From assembly GCA_035572035.1 (NCBI GenBank), contig DATNBH010000070.1, forward strand, positions 37,813-101,812: a DNA stretch of 64,000 bases, read 5' to 3'. The translations under genes were made by a program, and so were the position numbers. This document shows positions 40,805 through 49,933 of the stretch, one piece after another (positions within the stretch are counted from its first letter, which is position 1; each line of letters opens with the position of its first letter). The notes under the pieces are model-generated. The model was not told the origin of the DNA, did no database searches, and worked only from the letters and a program-made list of their open reading frames with translations. The stretch is from Pyrinomonadaceae bacterium. GTDB lineage: Bacteria > Acidobacteriota > Blastocatellia > Pyrinomonadales > Pyrinomonadaceae.

Positions 40805-42244
40805 TCAATCGCTAATCTGAAGAGAATTCATGATGCGGTTAATCGCTTCCTGAAATTCAGCAGATTCATTCTGCGGCACAACTGTCGAGATAAAGAGCAC
40901 GTTGCCGTTACTCAGTTGCGTGGCAAAAAGCGCGATGTCCTCCTGCACATTTGTTGCTTCGTTTCTGTTTCTGAAGCGAGTAGACAACCAGTAACGTCGA
41001 CCGGTATTACTGCCCACCACGCGACCAATTTGGCGCATGTTACGATTGCCTTGCAGCCAGTTGTTGACCATCTCATTCATCGTCTGCTGCAGGTTGCGAT
41101 CCTGTGGCCCAATCGCGAAGTTAATGCCGTGCGTGAAAACGGCTTGACCTTGAACACTGCCGTAGCCGCCTTCCGGAACAAACCACACGGAATTGCCATC
41201 CTTTAATTCAGCCCAGTTATCCGGCGCACTCATTCGCAAGACTCCCAACTCAGTGAAGTTGCGGTAGCGCGTTGACGGCCGGGAAACGGTTCCGGTCGGA
41301 GCGTTGTTTGGGTAGCTAGTGCGGCCCGTTTCGGGATTACGAGTATCGCCTTCGACAGGATAGCGTTGGCCGTTACGAGCGATCTCGGAAGTCGACTGAG
41401 CGCGCGGCGAGCCTCGAAGACGCGACTGGACTCTTTCAAACTCGCGCGTGCTCTTGATGGGATTGCTGACGCGCAGGTACTGGGCTTCCTGGTTAATGCG
41501 CGCGTAGCGATCTTTTGGACTCGGGTGATCGCTGAAGAAGCCGCCACCGCCGCCGCCACTCACGCGTTCAATTGTGCGAAACATATTCGCCAGGTCCTGT
41601 GGGTCATAATTAGCGCGCGCCATGATCTGGGCCCCGAGGATGTCCGCTTCTGTCTCGTACTCGCGACTAAATTTTAGAAAATACACACCAACGCTCTGTG
41701 CGCCAATCTGTGCGGCTGTCCCAATCGGACCGCCGAGAACCGCGCCGCCAATACCAAGAATGTTGGCGAACAATCCATATTTTTGTGCTTTGGTAGCCTG
41801 CGCCGTTCCATGTCGAAGAGCGACATGGCTCAACTCGTGGGCCATCACGCCTGCCATCTCGCCCTCGTTACGCGCCGCTTCAATCATGCCGCGATTGAGG
41901 TACATCGGCCCTCCGGGTAAGGCAAACGCGTTGATGTCGCTGGCGTTGACGATCTTGAAGTAGTAGCTGAATTCGGGATGTTGAAATTCCGCGGGGATTG
42001 CAGCAACCAAGCGACGACCAACGTCGCCCACATAATCGGTTGCTTCCCGATCGCGCAAGATGGGCATCTGCCTCTCAGCCTCCTGGGCAGCCTGACGGCC
42101 CAGTTTGACGTCGTCCTCGAGCTTAAACTTATTACTGTGATAAGTAATCTTTGTTTGTGAAAATGCGGACAGCGGCACCAGGACAATCGACGCAAGTGCC
42201 AGCCAGGCGATCACTGCTCGCCTTCGGTAGGAATTCTTATCCAT
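40805..42244 (-). CDS. Secreted M48-family zinc metalloprotease
   Basis: HELSHVALRH HExxH motif; signal peptide; GGAGG RBS at the shortened start. Confidence 0.8.
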   Translation of the reverse strand: MDKNSYRRRAVIAWLALASIVLVPLSAFSQTKITYHSNKFKLEDDVKLGRQAAQEAERQMPILRDREATDYVGDVGRRLVAAIPAEFQHPEFSYYFKIVNASDINAFALPGGPMYLNRGMIEAARNEGEMAGVMAHELSHVALRHGTAQATKAQKYGLFANILGIGGAVLGGPIGTAAQIGAQSVGVYFLKFSREYETEADILGAQIMARANYDPQDLANMFRTIERVSGGGGGGFFSDHPSPKDRYARINQEAQYLRVSNPIKSTREFERVQSRLRGSPRAQSTSEIARNGQRYPVEGDTRNPETGRTSYPNNAPTGTVSRPSTRYRNFTELGVLRMSAPDNWAELKDGNSVWFVPEGGYGSVQGQAVFTHGINFAIGPQDRNLQQTMNEMVNNWLQGNRNMRQIGRVVGSNTGRRYWLSTRFRNRNEATNVQEDIALFATQLSNGNVLFISTVVPQNESAEFQEAINRIMNSLQISD

Positions 42245-42399
42245 CAAAACCTCCGTCGCAGCCATAGCTGCACCAAATCGCAACATCGATGCACGTTAAG
42301 AGCACTACTTCTAGGCCAGTCCCTGCAACTTTGCAGGCCTTGCCTTCCAGTGTGGGCGAGATAGCAATGAGGGTGCCAGAGCGCAGGCAGAGGCGTCAA

Positions 42400-43092
42400 C
42401 TATTTGCGAGGGTCGATATGCTTGTTCAGCCATTCGGCCGGATCCTTGAGAGGGGCGATACGGTGAGTTGCCCCCTGGCCGACCCGAATCATGGAGATAA
42501 TAAGGAATATGAACGCGGCAAATCTGAAGATAGAGCCGCCGGCCGAACTTCCTGTAATCGCCCCGATGCCCCCAAACAAAAGGCCTATCGCCACGAATGC
42601 AAGTTGCAAGGCCAGGCCCTGGGCTGCGTGAGCCCGGACCCGAACTTCTGTGCGAGGCACCAGGATCAGCTCAAGGATCGAAGCTACGACGCCGATGTAC
42701 AACGGCGCGTATGGCAAAACCGTCGCCCACTTTTCGGGTAAGCCTAAGCCCTCAACGTTTCGGGAGCTTGTTTTCTGAGCTGCGGGTTGTTGGTAAAGGC
42801 CCTGCGGCGGTTTGTAGACTTCTGCCGGCGGCGCATAAGTAGGAGGCACAAACACCGATGGGTATGACGAATCCCCCGAAGGCGGCGAAGCAAATGTGCG
42901 AGTTGGCGCTTCTGAGTAAACGTTCTGACGAGGATCGTCTTCCGGCGCCGGACCAACTCGAGAGGTGACGCCCCTTACATCTCCGGTCTCGTCACCCTGT
43001 CCCCAAACCTCTTCGGTCTTGCGAGCCACGTCCGGGTCCAACGGATTCGTGTCGTATTTGGTTCGCTTCGGTTCCATCAATAAGGCGTCCAA
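42400..43092 (-). CDS. Hypothetical membrane protein (Pro/Tyr-rich N-terminus, C-terminal TM helices)
   Basis: Hydropathy only. Confidence 0.45.
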   Translation of the reverse strand: MDALLMEPKRTKYDTNPLDPDVARKTEEVWGQGDETGDVRGVTSRVGPAPEDDPRQNVYSEAPTRTFASPPSGDSSYPSVFVPPTYAPPAEVYKPPQGLYQQPAAQKTSSRNVEGLGLPEKWATVLPYAPLYIGVVASILELILVPRTEVRVRAHAAQGLALQLAFVAIGLLFGGIGAITGSSAGGSIFRFAAFIFLIISMIRVGQGATHRIAPLKDPAEWLNKHIDPRK

Positions 43093-43130
43093 AGGGGTTT
43101 ACGCTTGCTGAGGGCTTCCAGTTTCACATC

Positions 43131-43547
43131 TTACTCATCTCCTATCTCATACTCAACCGGCTCCCACGTTTGAGCTTTCTCTGAAATGTGAAACGCCCGC
43201 ACTGTGGGCTCGGCTCCGGCTAAGCCGACGATGAGATAGACCACCGACGGATAATAAGCGAGACGAACGTCAGTATCGGACGGGGTTGGCTCAACGGATC
43301 GTGGGTGAGAATGATAAATAGCCACAAGTTGTTCTCCTCGCTCACGCATTAATCGCTGTGCCCAGAACAAGTCTTCTGGCGAAGTCTCATAATTAACGCG
43401 AGGATTGGGCGCGACATTTTTCAAGCTATAAACGGACAACACTTTCCCGTCAGCATTACCACCCGCTAAGCCACAGCATTCGTTCGGCGCATTCTGACGT
43501 GCTGCTGCGACGACCATGTCGAAGTGTTCGCGAGAAAACGAAATCAT
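43131..43547 (-). CDS. Mov34/MPN/JAMM-family metalloprotease
   Basis: E..HSHPRSVEPTPSDTD is the JAMM motif Ex(n)HxHx(7)Sx(2)D. Confidence 0.8.
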   Translation of the reverse strand: MISFSREHFDMVVAAARQNAPNECCGLAGGNADGKVLSVYSLKNVAPNPRVNYETSPEDLFWAQRLMRERGEQLVAIYHSHPRSVEPTPSDTDVRLAYYPSVVYLIVGLAGAEPTVRAFHISEKAQTWEPVEYEIGDE

Positions 43548-43564
43548 TACACCCTTAACATTAA

Positions 43565-45922
43565 TTATGTCGTTAATGTTTTAGCAAAATCTTGAAGCCT
43601 CGTTCTGGCACCTTCGTTGATGTGAGGATGGTCGGTTGAAGGTAGTAACACTTCATCATTAAGTGTCTGGAAGTCAATACCAATCCAAGGTGCCACAGGA
43701 CCGTTTGTTGAGAGCCACTGAAGGTATTCCAGTCTTTCTAGCCGATGGATGAGAATTGGTAGGGACTCAATGTCCTGCCCTCGTAATGTACAAGTGGTTT
43801 GAAACTTCATGAAGAAGTTCGCAAAATCGCCACGGGTGAGTTTCTTCTGCTCTTTGACTTCAATAATTAGCAGCGCCGGTTTCCCGGTTTCCATCTCAAG
43901 GCCTTCAATAATAATGTCTGGGGTCTTATCTGACTTTACTGCTGCTTGGCTGAAACCCGTGATCTTGTGTTGCCAGTCAATTTGATATTCCGAATTTGAA
44001 GGGATGACCTTGGGGCTATCCATAAGCGCGATCAGTCTCTTTATAGGGAATGTGCCAAGGCCGTGAGTCTCATACGGATTGAGTAACCATAACAAGAGCA
44101 ATTCGAGATCTCTTCCTCGAATTACTCGAATACTTAGCTCCTGCAGCTGCTTTGCATCGACTTCGCCGGGTGCATCGATCATCAAATCGGCTGCCGAAGC
44201 AGTCTTGGGAAATGCAATTACGTCTCGCATGTTATCGGTTCCGGCCAAAACCATCATAAGCCGATCGATGCCCGGGGCGATGCCGCCATGCGGCGGAGTT
44301 CCAAACGCCAAAGCGTCCATGAAAAACCCAAACCTTTGACGCGCTTCTTCGAGCGTCATTCCCAACGCTTTGAAAACCAAACGCTGGACGTCCTGCCGGT
44401 GAATTCGGATGGAACCACTCGCCATTTCGACACCATTGATCACCGGGTCATAGGCTTTCGTTCGAATCGTTCCGAGTAGATTCGTTTCGCCGCCATCAAC
44501 GGCGCGCGAAAGCAGCTCGACGTCTTCATCCACCGGTGAGGTGAAGGGATGATGCATTGAATAGAACCGCCCGTCCTCCTCGTGATATTCAAACATCGGG
44601 AAATCCGTCACCCAGAGTGGGGCGTATAAGTTTTCCTTAATAAGTTTTTCGCGCTTCGCTATTTCGTTCCGTAACGCACCAAGACTGGCCGTAACGACCT
44701 TTGCTTTTCCCGCTACGATCAAAACAGCGTCGCCGTTCTGAGCGCCGGCGGTCGCAGCCATCTGAGCAACAACGTCGGCGCCAAGCGCTTTTAGCAAAGA
44801 TGAAGTCACCTCATCTCCTAGTTTGATCCAGGCAAGCGCACCGGCGCCGTAACGTTTCGCGAACTCCTGAAGATCATCGAGCACCTTTCGCGACATTCCC
44901 GCTCCGTTGCGTACCACCAGCGCCTTAATACTGCCTTTGCCTTCGAGCACGGCTGCGTAAGGCGCAAAGGTTGTTTGCGCAACCGGACCGGAAACATCCT
45001 TGAGCTCCATGCCCTCGATGCGTAAGTCGGGCTTGTCTGATCCAAAACGGTCCATCACTTCAGCGAAGCTAAATCTTGGAAACGGCACGGGCAGGTTGAC
45101 ATCGATCAAACGAAAGACACGAGCGAACAATCCTTCGATCAGCGAGTAGATTTGCTCGAGAGTGGCGAAACTCATCTCTACGTCGAGTTGAGTGAATTCC
45201 GGTTGCCGGTCGGCTCGCAAATCTTCATCTCGAAAGCAGCGCGCGATCTGAAAGTATTTGTCCAGACCGGCGATCATGCACAGCTGTTTGAAAAGCTGCG
45301 GAGACTGGGGCAAGGCAAAAAACTTTCCGGGTTGAACTCGTGCCGGAACGATATAGTCTCGGGCGCCTTCCGGCGTTGACTTAATCAACACCGGCGTTTC
45401 GATCTCAGTAAAGCCGCGCTCGGTCATGTAACTGCGAATCTCGGTGAGCACGCGATGACGCAAACGCAGATTTGCTTGGAGCTGTGGCCGCCGCAAGTCA
45501 AGATAACGATATTTCAGCCGCAGATCCTCGCTTGCCAGTCCTTCCGAACCTGCAGTTTCGAGCTGAAATGGAAGTGTGCGAGCATCGTTCAAAATCAGCA
45601 GCTCACTTGCGCGCACTTCGACATCACCAGTCTGTAGTTTCGGATTGCGTGAACTCTCGTCCCGCAAAACCACGCTGCCGGTCACCGCAATAACGTATTC
45701 GCCTCTAACATCTTTTGCTTTTCCGTGCGCATCACCGGTTTCTTCTGCGTTGAAGACAACTTGAGTGATGCCGTCGCGGTCTCGCAAATCAAAAAACGTG
45801 AGCACGCCAAAGTCTCGACGGCGAGCCACCCAGCCCATCAGCGTCACGGTCTCGCCAACATTTTCTTTCCGCAGAGCGCCACAAGAATGCGTGCGCTCCA
45901 AATTTCCAAGGTTATCCAACAT
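43565..45922 (-). CDS. aspS: Aspartyl-tRNA synthetase with in-frame roughly 184-aa low-GC C-terminal extension
   Basis: Class II aaRS body including motif 3 GGIAPGIDRLMMVLAG...AFPKT. Instead of terminating after ELSIRVI, the frame continues through 43565-44116. The extension carries PD...EVK and is about 43% GC. Confidence 0.8.
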   Translation of the reverse strand: MLDNLGNLERTHSCGALRKENVGETVTLMGWVARRRDFGVLTFFDLRDRDGITQVVFNAEETGDAHGKAKDVRGEYVIAVTGSVVLRDESSRNPKLQTGDVEVRASELLILNDARTLPFQLETAGSEGLASEDLRLKYRYLDLRRPQLQANLRLRHRVLTEIRSYMTERGFTEIETPVLIKSTPEGARDYIVPARVQPGKFFALPQSPQLFKQLCMIAGLDKYFQIARCFRDEDLRADRQPEFTQLDVEMSFATLEQIYSLIEGLFARVFRLIDVNLPVPFPRFSFAEVMDRFGSDKPDLRIEGMELKDVSGPVAQTTFAPYAAVLEGKGSIKALVVRNGAGMSRKVLDDLQEFAKRYGAGALAWIKLGDEVTSSLLKALGADVVAQMAATAGAQNGDAVLIVAGKAKVVTASLGALRNEIAKREKLIKENLYAPLWVTDFPMFEYHEEDGRFYSMHHPFTSPVDEDVELLSRAVDGGETNLLGTIRTKAYDPVINGVEMASGSIRIHRQDVQRLVFKALGMTLEEARQRFGFFMDALAFGTPPHGGIAPGIDRLMMVLAGTDNMRDVIAFPKTASAADLMIDAPGEVDAKQLQELSIRVIRGRDLELLLLWLLNPYETHGLGTFPIKRLIALMDSPKVIPSNSEYQIDWQHKITGFSQAAVKSDKTPDIIIEGLEMETGKPALLIIEVKEQKKLTRGDFANFFMKFQTTCTLRGQDIESLPILIHRLERLEYLQWLSTNGPVAPWIGIDFQTLNDEVLLPSTDHPHINEGARTRLQDFAKTLTT

Positions 45923-46009
45923 AGATTTGATTCTACCCAAACAGTCTGAAAAAGGTCTAAGACGATAAGCTATTAACTCGGTCGTGGCAATTGAGGCCGG
46001 TCGGAACCA

Positions 46010-46143
46010 TCCGCAGATTTCGCAGATTACACCGATGGTGTTGTAGACTCGCTGGTCGACTTGAATGCTCAAACTGAAGCCCCGTCGATCAGGCATGACA
46101 TCATCGATTACCCAATGTAATCGGTGGAATCTGCGTAATCTGG
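46010..46143. mobile_element. MITE-like element, family F copy
   Basis: CCGCAGATTTCGCAGATTAC ... GGTGGAATCTGCGTAATCTGG inverted ends. Confidence 0.5.
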
Positions 46144-46153
46144 GGGTAGGATT

Positions 46154-46534
46154 TTAGGCGGCTTCTTGAGCTATTTCGAGGAGGTTGCCGGCGGGATCGC
46201 GAACGTAGAATCGGGGCGAGCCCGGGATAGGTAGACTGTCCGGAATAATCTCAATGCCTGCAGCGCGAAAATTCTGTTCAGCTTCGTTAAGGCTCCGGAC
46301 TGAGTAACAAACATGTCGTTTGGATCCAGTGTTGTCAGGAGCAGGGTTTTCACGCGAAAGATGCAGCTGAACAGCGCCGAGTTGATACCAGGCGCCGCCA
46401 CGACCCTTCGACTCCGGAGGCTTCGGCACTTCTATTAGTCCCATCACTACACCATAGAAGTGCTTAGTATCCTCTTCCAACTCCGTCGCGCAGGTGACGT
46501 TTACGTGCGCAAGTTTTACGACACTTACAGTCAT
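46154..46534 (-). CDS. VOC/glyoxalase-family protein
   Basis: Beta-alpha-beta-beta-beta module; HVxV....E pattern. Confidence 0.7.
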   Translation of the reverse strand: MTVSVVKLAHVNVTCATELEEDTKHFYGVVMGLIEVPKPPESKGRGGAWYQLGAVQLHLSRENPAPDNTGSKRHVCYSVRSLNEAEQNFRAAGIEIIPDSLPIPGSPRFYVRDPAGNLLEIAQEAA

Positions 46535-46536
46535 GG

Positions 46537-46595
46537 TTCAGCAATCAGCAATCAGCAATCAGTAATCAGTAATCAGTAATCAGTAATCAGTAATC
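46537..46595. repeat. Tandem heptamer repeat (AATCAGC x3 / AATCAGT x5) filling the whole intergenic space
   Basis: Lies immediately 5' of the VOC gene ATG. The same heptamer recurs at 53745-53780. Confidence 0.7.
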
Positions 46596-48589
46596 TAACG
46601 CAGGATCATTAACGCTTGTTCTGCGGTTGCGCCTTGGGGGTCTTCCTTCTTCATTTGCAGATAAAGATCTCGCAAAGCCAATCGAGCCCCAGTGCGTGAT
46701 AGTTGATCGAGGCTGCTGAGGTCGCGACGATCAATATTAACTTTCATGCGCCACAAACGGATAGCATCAGCTGTAGCGCCATTCTGGGCTGCGCTGGTTG
46801 CGACTCTCCCTAAATCGTACGACAAGCGCGTCCAGGACAAGTCCCGGTTGTTGAGTAACAACTGTTCCGCCTCTCGCCATCTACCTTTCGCACAGTATGC
46901 CTCACTCAAATTTCGCAGAACTCCCGCGCGATCGACGTAATCGTGATTAGCTCCGCTCTTGAGGTACGCCAGCAGTAACGGCGTTGCTCTTTCTAAAGCA
47001 CCTCGAAAGACCATTGCTTCCGACAGGCGATACGCTCGCAACGATCCGGGATTATTGACTAGTTTCTCGAGCGCACTCCAGACCGAATCTTTTTCAGTAT
47101 CGGTTATCTCGTCGCCTCTGACGATGTCTTCGATCAAAGCTTCTTCTTCGTTGCCCCACTCTGACCGGCCGGCAAGCACTCGCGCAGTAATGGTCGGTTG
47201 TGAAACGAACAAGGTTCGGCGAAGTTCATCAAGCTCAAACTCGTCGTCAGCAATCAGTCGCGCAACCGCAAACGCATAAGTTGATTCTGGTTCCACTCGC
47301 TTGAACTCATTTCGCAGCATCGTTTCGAGGTCGCCTCGCGATTCGTGCCTGTCCGAGTTCTCCTTCAGGAAAAAGGCGAACGATCTCACTATTTCTACTC
47401 GCCCGGAATAAGCACCGTCATTAGTGTTGATTGGCGCCGCCGCAAGGGCTTTAAGGTATGTGTCCTTTTCGAGATCGGAGTCTTTTCGACCTCGATAATA
47501 AGCAGCCCGCTCAAGCCAATATTGTGCTGTTTGATGTTTCGTAGCCTCGTTAACAAGGATGTTTCTTTCCACAACTCGCTGCCCTGACTGCAGCTGCACG
47601 TTTCCTGCCAGCTGATGCACATCTTGAGAAAGAATGTGCGGGTCGACTTTCAGCGCCACTAACTCTTCGATCAATGGTTGTGCGTCGCGCGGACGTTTCA
47701 GCTTTTGATAGGCCTCCGCTAAAAGTTGCCTGGTCCAAAAGCGCAGTTGCTTTTCTGAATCGAGCTTCGCGAGCGCGATTGCGACTCGTAGACTCTCATG
47801 CACCAACGCATCGTCTCTTTCCGTAAACGGAATTGATAATGATTTCTCGAGAAATTTTGCGGCGGCGCCAGGTGACGCCTGGCCAAGCACATGGCCAAGC
47901 TCATAGTTCTCAAAAGCTCCTGAAGGTTTGGCGACATCTGCGAGCCAGGAAACGTCTTCAAGGTTCCGGGCTGCGTTATTAGCTCGCAGGTATCGTCTAA
48001 TGAAATCGCGGTCCTGGGGATTGGTTCGTATCGCAGTCTTTATTGGTTCAAGCAGTTCCCCCGCCGTTCCTAAACCCGCGCGTCGATACAATCGCTGCCA
48101 GAACCACTCATCATCCCCGTTCGAATGCTTCGCGAGCCAGGAATCGAGTTCTTTCTTGTCGCCGTCTTGATCCCACAAACGAATAAAGCTCTCAGCACCG
48201 TCAGTGTCTTGTGGGCATAATTCTTCGTAGTAGTAACGGCGGGCTGCGAGGTCGTTCGCGATTGATAATCTGATTTTTGAAAGAACGTCATAAGATTGAC
48301 TGGCTGACGGCCAGTCGGAAGCGTGCTTAAGTTGCTCCAGGGTTTTGAGTACGCCATCCCGACGGTCGGCTCGCGTATAGAGAATCAGTCGGCGTAGTAA
48401 AGGCACAACAGTCGCCGGACTATCATCCTCGAGTTGATTGACAATCTTACCGAGATCTTCTTTGAGGAGGAGCGTGACGACGTCACGTTCAATCGCTTGG
48501 ATCGCAGTGGAATCGATGCGCTGCTGGGATCGGCTCGAAACCGAAAACGGGAGGCAAAGCAGAATCGAAGCGATAAGGAACTTTCCCAT
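46595..48589 (-). CDS. Hypothetical secreted all-helical (TPR-like) protein
   Basis: Start placed at MGKFLIASILLCLPFSVS (signal peptide); the Arg/Cys-rich upstream extension is discarded. Confidence 0.55.
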   Translation of the reverse strand: MGKFLIASILLCLPFSVSSRSQQRIDSTAIQAIERDVVTLLLKEDLGKIVNQLEDDSPATVVPLLRRLILYTRADRRDGVLKTLEQLKHASDWPSASQSYDVLSKIRLSIANDLAARRYYYEELCPQDTDGAESFIRLWDQDGDKKELDSWLAKHSNGDDEWFWQRLYRRAGLGTAGELLEPIKTAIRTNPQDRDFIRRYLRANNAARNLEDVSWLADVAKPSGAFENYELGHVLGQASPGAAAKFLEKSLSIPFTERDDALVHESLRVAIALAKLDSEKQLRFWTRQLLAEAYQKLKRPRDAQPLIEELVALKVDPHILSQDVHQLAGNVQLQSGQRVVERNILVNEATKHQTAQYWLERAAYYRGRKDSDLEKDTYLKALAAAPINTNDGAYSGRVEIVRSFAFFLKENSDRHESRGDLETMLRNEFKRVEPESTYAFAVARLIADDEFELDELRRTLFVSQPTITARVLAGRSEWGNEEEALIEDIVRGDEITDTEKDSVWSALEKLVNNPGSLRAYRLSEAMVFRGALERATPLLLAYLKSGANHDYVDRAGVLRNLSEAYCAKGRWREAEQLLLNNRDLSWTRLSYDLGRVATSAAQNGATADAIRLWRMKVNIDRRDLSSLDQLSRTGARLALRDLYLQMKKEDPQGATAEQALMILR

Positions 48590-48612
48590 ATGAGCCGGTT
48601 TTCTTAAAAACG

Positions 48613-48975
48613 CTACAACTTGAAATGGGGATTTTCGATGATGCCGAATGTGTTGCCGAAGGGATCTTTGACAGTTGCGACTTTGATTCCGCCGCCCACA
48701 TCCTGAACATCTTCGTGCTTTGTTGCGCCGAGTTCGAGAAGGCGTTGCCAGGCAGCTTCGGCATTTTCCACGCCCCAATATGCGGCGGCGCTGTCTGACT
48801 TGTCTGGTGATCGGCCCTCCATTGGATGAAGGCCCAACTCATAACCGCCAACGTTGAAGCCCACGTAAAAAGGCTCGTCGAAGTAAGGTCCGAAACCAAG
48901 CATCGTGGTGTACCAGTCCCTGGCTTTGGCTACATCGTCAACGTAATAAATGGCGGTCCGCAAACCTAACAGCAT
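48613..48975 (-). CDS. VOC/glyoxalase-family protein
   Basis: Internal start MLLGLRTAIYYVDDV; glyoxalase fold pattern. Confidence 0.65.
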   Translation of the reverse strand: MLLGLRTAIYYVDDVAKARDWYTTMLGFGPYFDEPFYVGFNVGGYELGLHPMEGRSPDKSDSAAAYWGVENAEAAWQRLLELGATKHEDVQDVGGGIKVATVKDPFGNTFGIIENPHFKL

Positions 48976-48993
48976 GATTAACCTCCGTGTAAT

Positions 48994-49062
48994 GGTGGCA
49001 CGGCCATCTTGGCCGTGAACGTGAGTGCCGCTCAACGCACACGGGCGGGACGCCCGTGCCAC
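48994..49062. repeat. Partial family D element (GGCACGGCC..GGCCGTG, AACGTGAGTG)
   Basis: Shares motifs with 21081-21390. Confidence 0.45.
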
Positions 49063-49066
49063 TTTC

Positions 49067-49681
49067 TTATTGCCCTTGCCTTTCCGACCGGGCAAACTCT
49101 GCGACCTCATCGAGCTGCTGTTCAATAGTCATTTCGTGACCAGGCCTCGTGACCAGATATGCATTGAATTCTGCGGACCGATTACGCGGCACGCTAATGG
49201 TTTGCCATTGGGCTGATCGAAAGTGCTTCGCCAGAAAAACTATTTGTCCGACGTGGTAAGCGTAATGAGTCAGCTGACGATTTATGGCCGCGATGATCGA
49301 GTGTTCCTGTCCGCGAATGCGAATCTTCTTTTCAAAGTCCGACGGTTGCAGTGGCTCCAGCGCACTGAACACGCAGGCCCAGCCCCGCTCCCAATACTCG
49401 TGCAAATTCTCTTTCGTCGTTCCGACGTCAATCACAAACTCGGAATCTCGGTTGCGGTCAGGTTTTTCGCCATCGCTGGTGAGAAAATCAGTCCACCGCG
49501 AAATCGAGTTGCCCGAGATGTGCTTCATGATTACTGCAACGCTGTTCGATTCTTCGTCCAGGGTCAGAAAGTATTCCCCTGCGTCCAGCTGCGCGAGCGC
49601 CTTCTCGGCCATCTTCTTATAAGCCCGAAAAGTCGAAATCGCGTTCGCCAGGTACTCAGTTGCAAATGAGTCGCTCATTGA
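49067..49681 (-). CDS. DinB/YfiT-like (DUF1572-type) four-helix-bundle protein
   Basis: H..H..H metal-ligand pattern (HEYW..., HYAYHVGQ); start at MSDSFATEY. Confidence 0.55.
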   Translation of the reverse strand, partial: SMSDSFATEYLANAISTFRAYKKMAEKALAQLDAGEYFLTLDEESNSVAVIMKHISGNSISRWTDFLTSDGEKPDRNRDSEFVIDVGTTKENLHEYWERGWACVFSALEPLQPSDFEKKIRIRGQEHSIIAAINRQLTHYAYHVGQIVFLAKHFRSAQWQTISVPRNRSAEFNAYLVTRPGHEMTIEQQLDEVAEFARSERQGQ

Positions 49682-49930
49682 CTTTATCAGCCTGCGAAGC
49701 GGGACTTTATCAGCCTGCGAAGCGGGCGGCAGCATAAAGCCTGGGGCGTGAGCCCCAGGGACCTAACGAGATTGATAAGCGAGCCCGTGAAACGGGCGGC
49801 AGCCGTCTCATCGAGGAGGTTGCGGCAATGCACTTCGTGAACTGTCGCCCGCTCCGCGGGTTAGGGCCTTGATTTGTTGTGCTCCCTGGGGCTCACGCCC
49901 CAGTCTTTATGCTGCCGCCTGCTCCGCAGG
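49678..49930. mobile_element. MITE-like element, family H (about 35-bp TIR GGCAGCATAAAGCCTGGGGCGTGAGCCCCAGGGA; internal direct repeat GACTTTATCAGCCTGCGAAGCGGG x2)
   Basis: Seen directly; fills the hisS 3' intergenic. Confidence 0.55.
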
Positions 49931-49933
49931 CTT

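Noticed and set aside
40739-41206. 155-aa + strand ORF starting inside the family F MITE and running antisense into the M48 gene
   Set aside because: Its start lies within the MITE and it is antisense to a well-supported HExxH peptidase gene.
48590-48778. 63-aa N-terminal extension of ORF 46595-48778 (MGRGKCRSCLATPSRTRRNKARRCSG...)
   Set aside because: The extension is Arg/Cys-rich with a non-coding-like composition. The downstream ATG at 48589 gives a clean Sec signal peptide, so the shorter start was taken.
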